Assembly: GCA_012799825.1 (NCBI GenBank)
Contig: JAAZKK010000048.1
Location: 34,909-66,908 of the forward strand
From: Clostridiaceae bacterium
GTDB lineage: Bacteria > Bacillota > Clostridia > Saccharofermentanales > DTU023
DNA: 32,000 bases
Direction of reading: 5' to 3'
The translations under genes were made by a program, and so were the position numbers. The notes under the pieces are model-generated. The model had not been told where the DNA came from. It was given only the letters and a program-made list of their open reading frames with translations, and did no database searches. Each line of letters opens with the position of its first letter. The first letter of the stretch is position 1. Below are positions 27,486 to 32,000 of this stretch, piece by piece.

Positions 27486-27740
27486 AAGATTAGAAACATT
27501 GCATTAAAAAAATCTCCCCTAGTAAAATGCCCAATTCTCAAAAGGCATCTAAACCTGCAATCAAACGCATAATTCTTTAGAATAAAGCAAGAAGAATAAA
27601 TTGCATTAAGAAAAAATTTTCCCCTAGCAAAATGCCCAATTCCAAATGGCATGTATACTTGGAATCAGATGGCACAATTCTCTAAATCAAAGAAAGCTGA
27701 AAACATTGTGTTAAGGAGGAATTCGCCCCATCGCAATCAG
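27486..27740. repeat. AT-rich 102-105-bp tandem repeat, ~2.5 units
   Basis: ATTGCATTAA occurs at 27498 and 27600, with ATTGTGTTAA at 27705. AATGCCCAATTC occurs at 27526 and 27631. Each full unit holds a short ATGCC...GGCAT inverted repeat. Confidence 0.85.
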
Positions 27741-27874
27741 TAAGAGTAACAAAAACTGTCACCAATTTACAGCTCAATATCTGCGCCGCCTCACTTCTAC
27801 ACGTTTTTCTGTTCTTTATTTAAACCAAATACTCGACATAATCGACGTCCTGCAACTGATCTGCAACTGATCGA

Positions 27875-29221
27875 TTATTCCTGTACTATCATCTGCTCCT
27901 CAGCCTCCGATGGAAGAGGATAGAGCTCTTCATCAAAATCCGGCGCCACATTCCGTTTTTCATACACTTCTAAGTGCATATCGCCAGATTCTGACGCCAT
28001 CTTCGGCTCTTCATAATCATCAAAAAGCACATCCCCAAGTCCCGAATTCATCCTAGGCTCTTTAATCTCGTCCAAAAGAACCTCTTCATCAGATTCTGAC
28101 GCCATCTTCGGCTCTTCATAATCATCAAAAAGCACATCCCCAACTTCCTGAATCATCAGATCCTCAAACTCAAGCGTATTCGACACACGATCCGGCTTAG
28201 AAACCACCATCGGCTCCTCAGCCTCCGGCAAAGGAAGATGTTGTGGCTCTTCGTCAAACTTCGACACCACATTCTCGCCCCTAAAATCTGGCGCGTACAT
28301 CTCATCCTCTTCTTCCATATGAGTTTCTTCAGTTTTCAGAGCACGCAGCTTAGATGTCATCGATGTCCATAAAGATGGGCGTCCTTCTCCTCTTCTTAAT
28401 TTTGATTTTGGTTCTGTCACAGCATGTTGTTTTCGCGCTCTTAATTCTGATCTTGGCTCTGTCACAACGTGTTGTTTTCGAGGCTTTGGAGATTCTAGAG
28501 GTAAATCCATATCGTCAGTATTCGGGTCAGCATTCGGGATTATGTTTTGTGTCGATGTGCGCGCAATAGTCTCGAAGACATCTGTATCTGTCGGCCGTTC
28601 GGAAATCCTTACCGGAACTCCTTCGTCAATTGGCTGATAAAGCACATAATTTACGATCCGATCAAGTACATACTGTATACCTTTAAGAACTCCGATCGCT
28701 ATAAGCGGGGTAGCGATGACTGCAATTATAAGTAAGAGCCCTTCAGCAACGATCCACATGGTTCCGACAACGATACCAAACACTGTCCTAAAAATTCCGC
28801 CACTTTCCGCGATAATATCGATCATGTGGTTGACATGCCGATCCATGCGTTCCAAGAGCATCATAGGTATCGCTTGATTATCAAGAGTGACCAACGGAAG
28901 GAAGAAGTGCGTAAGCACATAGAAAAGCAACACATATTTAAACGCGTACAACAAAAGTACTAACGGCCTCACATAAATCGGTAATCGATAGTAATAACTG
29001 GAAAGAAAAGGCGTAATCAAAATCAATGTGATGAGAAAAATGAGAGATCCTGGCCAAGAAACTATAATCCATTTGTTCATCTGGTTCGGATAAAAAACAA
29101 CGCCGGCAAAAGCAAGCGCCATAATAAAGGCAAGAAAAAGATGCGCGTTGAAATGACGATACGATTTATAATCCGTATCGCTCCACACCGGACCGATCAG
29201 AAACCCTTCAAGATAGTCCAT
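27875..29221 (-). CDS. Hypothetical polytopic membrane protein with long acidic, internally repeated C-terminal tail
   Basis: The N-terminal ~200 aa contain ~5-6 hydrophobic helices. The C-terminal ~250 aa are acidic with repeats (GDVLFDDYEEPKMASES x2, RKQHxVTEPxSxLR x2, FDEE..LP..EAEE x2). I recognise no family. Confidence 0.65.
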   Translation of the reverse strand: MDYLEGFLIGPVWSDTDYKSYRHFNAHLFLAFIMALAFAGVVFYPNQMNKWIIVSWPGSLIFLITLILITPFLSSYYYRLPIYVRPLVLLLYAFKYVLLFYVLTHFFLPLVTLDNQAIPMMLLERMDRHVNHMIDIIAESGGIFRTVFGIVVGTMWIVAEGLLLIIAVIATPLIAIGVLKGIQYVLDRIVNYVLYQPIDEGVPVRISERPTDTDVFETIARTSTQNIIPNADPNTDDMDLPLESPKPRKQHVVTEPRSELRARKQHAVTEPKSKLRRGEGRPSLWTSMTSKLRALKTEETHMEEEDEMYAPDFRGENVVSKFDEEPQHLPLPEAEEPMVVSKPDRVSNTLEFEDLMIQEVGDVLFDDYEEPKMASESDEEVLLDEIKEPRMNSGLGDVLFDDYEEPKMASESGDMHLEVYEKRNVAPDFDEELYPLPSEAEEQMIVQE

Positions 29222-29438
29222 AACGCCTCTAGCTTAACAGCCTCTCGTCCCTTATCACTTTGTGATCATCACAGCTTATACTAAAAAATCCGCTTCTATC
29301 TACGTCTATCTATATTATTTGCATCTATATACCTAAAGTATGGAAATATCTATTTAGAAGCAAGTATATCATGATGCGTCTAATCCCTAAAATCGATCTA
29401 AGCCCACCTCCTAACGATGAAAACAGATTCCCGTCAAA

Positions 29439-29780
29439 GTGGACAGTTTTTCAAGTTTTATATTATTTCTGACCACAGGCAACCCGAAGTGAACAGTTTT
29501 TCAGTTTTGTTAGAAAAAAAAGGCCACACGGGACTCCATGCTGGACAGTTTTCGAAATTTTTTATTATTTCCCGCCCATAGGCAGCCCGCAGTGGACAGT
29601 TTTTCAGTTTTGTTAGAAAAAAAAGGCCACACGGGACTCCATGCTGGACAGTTTTCGAAATTTTTTATTATTTCCGCCCGCAGGCAACCCGCAGTGGACA
29701 GTTTTTCAAGTTTTGTTAGAAAAAAAGGTCACACGGGACTCCATGCTGGACAGTTTTTCAGTTTTATTTGATTTTTACGC
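29439..29780. repeat. Tandem array B: 7 units of 50-52 bp alternating between two unit types (super-period ~103 bp)
   Basis: (G/C)TG(G/A)ACAGTTTT cores are at 29439, 29489, 29541, 29592, 29644, 29694 and 29745. Type X tails read ...TTATTATTTCC(C)GCCC..GGCA.CCCGCA. Type Y tails read ...GTTAGAAAAAAAAGGCCACACGGGACTCCATGC. Confidence 0.92.
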
Positions 29781-30071
29781 AGTTGTGGAAATCGAAATGC
29801 AATGAATATCTTTTTTATTTGATTTTTTGCCCTAAAGCAGTCAATTGAAGTGAGGTTTTAGCTCTAGAAATATTTTTTTAATGGAGCATCTATCTTTTAT
29901 TTCTATTTTATTTGAATTTTTGTCCGGTTTATTTGAATTTTTGTCCGGCAGGAGGCGGGGGTGGGGACTTGCAGAATTTCCAGAGCAAATTTGGAGCTAG
30001 CAAATTTGGAAGGATGATTTCAGCAATGACGTACTGCTTGGCTTAAAAAAAGAGGTGCCAATTCCCGTTTA

Positions 30072-30974
30072 CTAAGTTTTTTCTTGTTGGATGGCGGCAG
30101 CGATGGCGCGTAACTTGGAAAAACGGTGACTCATGCCGGATTTGCTGACGGCAGGATTCATCAAAGTTCCGAGTTCTTCGAGTGAAGCGCCTTGATTGGA
30201 TAGACGGGCTTGTGCTGCTTCGTAGAGTTGAGGGGAAAGGCTATCAAGACCGCGTGTTCGGGCGATGATTTCGATTGCCTTTAGCTGAGATTCGATGGAG
30301 AGCACTCGGCGCGATAAGTTCGCACCGTCGAAATTGAGCTGACGGTGCACCTGACCGGATAGCTCACGTTCACTTCGCTGTTCTTCAAAATAGAGTAGCG
30401 CAGTGCCAGCTCCGCAGAATCGGAGAAAATCAGCGATGTCATCACCGCTTGTAAGGCTCACTGTAGCTTTCCCTCGTTGTTGTATTTTTCCCGGGACAAG
30501 ATCAATTGAAGAGAGCAATGTGAAAAGCAGACGTGATCCGCTTTCATGGATCGGTGTAAAAACAAGTCGATATCTTCCTGATGAAGGATCTGAAATCACA
30601 CCACATGCCATAAATGCCGCGGACAAAGCAGCGCTTAGCCGATGCCTAGCATCAGGTTTTAACCAATAGATCACATCGAAGAACAAGATGTTTTGTTGTT
30701 TACGCGCCACATTGTAAGTCAATACGGTATCTCGAGCTCCCTTTTTCTCGGTAATTTTATCAAGTAACAGAGTCTGCGCGGCATTGTCGATAAGCTGTAC
30801 CAAAGGATGGCCGACAACGCGAATACTCACCTGATAACAAGAACCAAGATTAGTCGCATCTCCAGCGAATGTTGTAAAGGCCGCAATGAGCGCTGAAGCG
30901 GCATCAACGGATTCGGTGACCGCTTCACGCTGTATTTTAGCCATTTCATAGCGAACAGCACGTGAGAACGTCAT
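30072..30974 (-). CDS. whiA: DNA-binding protein WhiA
   Basis: Degenerate LAGLIDADG-like middle domain and a C-terminal HTH (...SLEELGTLMNPAVSKSGMSHRFSKLRAIA). The ATG at 30974 overlaps the rapZ stop as ATGA and gives the canonical MTFSRAVRYE N-terminus. The track start at 30995 is probably over-extended. Confidence 0.9.
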   Translation of the reverse strand: MTFSRAVRYEMAKIQREAVTESVDAASALIAAFTTFAGDATNLGSCYQVSIRVVGHPLVQLIDNAAQTLLLDKITEKKGARDTVLTYNVARKQQNILFFDVIYWLKPDARHRLSAALSAAFMACGVISDPSSGRYRLVFTPIHESGSRLLFTLLSSIDLVPGKIQQRGKATVSLTSGDDIADFLRFCGAGTALLYFEEQRSERELSGQVHRQLNFDGANLSRRVLSIESQLKAIEIIARTRGLDSLSPQLYEAAQARLSNQGASLEELGTLMNPAVSKSGMSHRFSKLRAIAAAIQQEKT

Positions 30975-31909
30975 GACGTTATTTCTTCTTCCCACATTGC
31001 AATTTGTCGATTTCGTTGGTCTTGTCGTATGTCGCGATGCGCCGTGATAACGTGGTAATTTAGGTTTTTCAAAAAATCTGCAAGACGATCAGCGATCATG
31101 ACGCTCCTGTGACGACCTCCTGTACATCCAATGGAAAGATTAAGGCGCGACTTTCCTTCGCGTATGTAGAAAGGCATAACAAATTTGAGAAATGCACACT
31201 GCATCTCGATGAACATCTTCGTCTCAGGAAACTGCTCGATGTATTCGATGACGGCTTCATCTTTCCCTGAAAGCATTTTCAGTTTATCGATGTAGAAGGG
31301 ATTCGGCACAAAACGAACATCAAGAACGAGATCCGCATCCTGTGGAATTCCGTATTTAAATCCGAAAGATTGTACAAAGATGACAAATTCACTGTAGGCA
31401 ATCCCTTCGCCAAATAGATCACGCAAATAATCACGTAATTGGATTGTCGAATAATTACTTGTATCAATAATATCCGTCGCAATTTCTCGCACCGGTTTCA
31501 AGAATTCGCGTTCCGCGCGGATCGCTTGCGAGAGCGACAAACCTCCACGATGTCCACTTAAGGGATGCTCTCGCCGACTTTGTTTGTATCGACTTATCAG
31601 CGACGCGTCGGACGCTTCTAAAAAGAGAACTCGTACGTTGATTTTCAGGTCATTCAAATCCTGCAAAACGGGTAACAATTCTTTCACAAAATTTGGATTG
31701 CGTGTGTCCATGACAAGCGCAACGCGCGAGACGGGCTTTCTGTTTTCATCGTTTTCAGATGCATCCTCGCTTCCTGCAAGGACACGTGTCAAATCGGCTA
31801 CAAGCTGTGGCGGCATATTGTCAATGCAAAAAAAACCCATATCCTCAAGATGTTGAGCCGCCATGCTTTTGCCGCTACCTGATAGTCCGGTTAAAATGGT
31901 AATCTCCAC
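30971..31909 (-). CDS. rapZ: RNase adapter / nucleotide-binding protein RapZ (YvcJ)
   Basis: MEITILTGLSGSGKSMAAQHLEDMGFFCIDNMPP (Walker A) and C-terminal IGCTGGRHRSV. An AAGGAGA SD lies upstream. Confidence 0.95.
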   Translation of the reverse strand: MEITILTGLSGSGKSMAAQHLEDMGFFCIDNMPPQLVADLTRVLAGSEDASENDENRKPVSRVALVMDTRNPNFVKELLPVLQDLNDLKINVRVLFLEASDASLISRYKQSRREHPLSGHRGGLSLSQAIRAEREFLKPVREIATDIIDTSNYSTIQLRDYLRDLFGEGIAYSEFVIFVQSFGFKYGIPQDADLVLDVRFVPNPFYIDKLKMLSGKDEAVIEYIEQFPETKMFIEMQCAFLKFVMPFYIREGKSRLNLSIGCTGGRHRSVMIADRLADFLKNLNYHVITAHRDIRQDQRNRQIAMWEEEITS

Positions 31910-32000
31910 TGTCGTCTCCTTTTACTCATATACTCCAAATTTTGTTATCCCATACCCACGTGCCAACAATGCGAGCCCGACTAGACTATTATATTTACAT

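Noticed and set aside
27383-27652. 89-aa ORF on the minus strand in the AT-rich spacer upstream of htrA
   Set aside because: It spans the 102-105-bp repeats (the IGHF.RG.FF motif repeats). The composition is AT-rich and non-coding, there is no SD, and the residue content (Phe/Ile/Cys-rich) is implausible.
29538-29771. 77-aa ORF on the plus strand across array B
   Set aside because: It is a periodic translation of the tandem repeat. It has no RBS, and its open frame is a by-product of repeating a stop-free unit.

Overview
This window is a core housekeeping segment of a Bacillota chromosome, Clostridia-like and probably from an anaerobe, with roughly 48-50% GC by eye. I call 28 protein genes and one tRNA. 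Nearly all genes are on the minus strand, in classic Firmicute syntenies: rplU-prp-rpmA-obg, rpsF-ssb-rpsR-rplI-dnaB-tilS-hpt-ftsH, rpmE-DUF1385-prmC-prfA-sua5::PTP, and rapZ-whiA. The remaining calls are an ABC-F ATPase, murC, an HtrA-like protease, rubredoxin, a DUF4364 protein, a histidine phosphatase, tRNA-Val(GAC), two orphan membrane proteins, and a partial cvpA at the left edge that is missing from the ORF track. I recognise no transposase, integrase, cas, toxin or known defence gene. The unusual signal is mostly non-coding. Spacers are very long for such a locus (up to 850 bp), and about ten of them carry their own tandem-repeat array with periods of 46, 51-53, 56, 61-62 or 102-105 bp. 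One array has CRISPR-like geometry: a 35-nt repeat, 26-nt unique spacers, and an invariant 10-mer phased at exactly 61 bp. Two arrays about 24 kb apart share a CAGTTTTTC core and a 51-nt period. The same 51/102-nt period appears inside the coding sequence as an acidic C-terminal extension of ribosomal protein S6. Other notable points are a Sua5-LMW phosphatase fusion, rapZ translationally coupled to whiA with no yvcK between them, and tandem duplications that include CDS 3' ends. Everything here comes from reading the sequence by eye; no searches were run.
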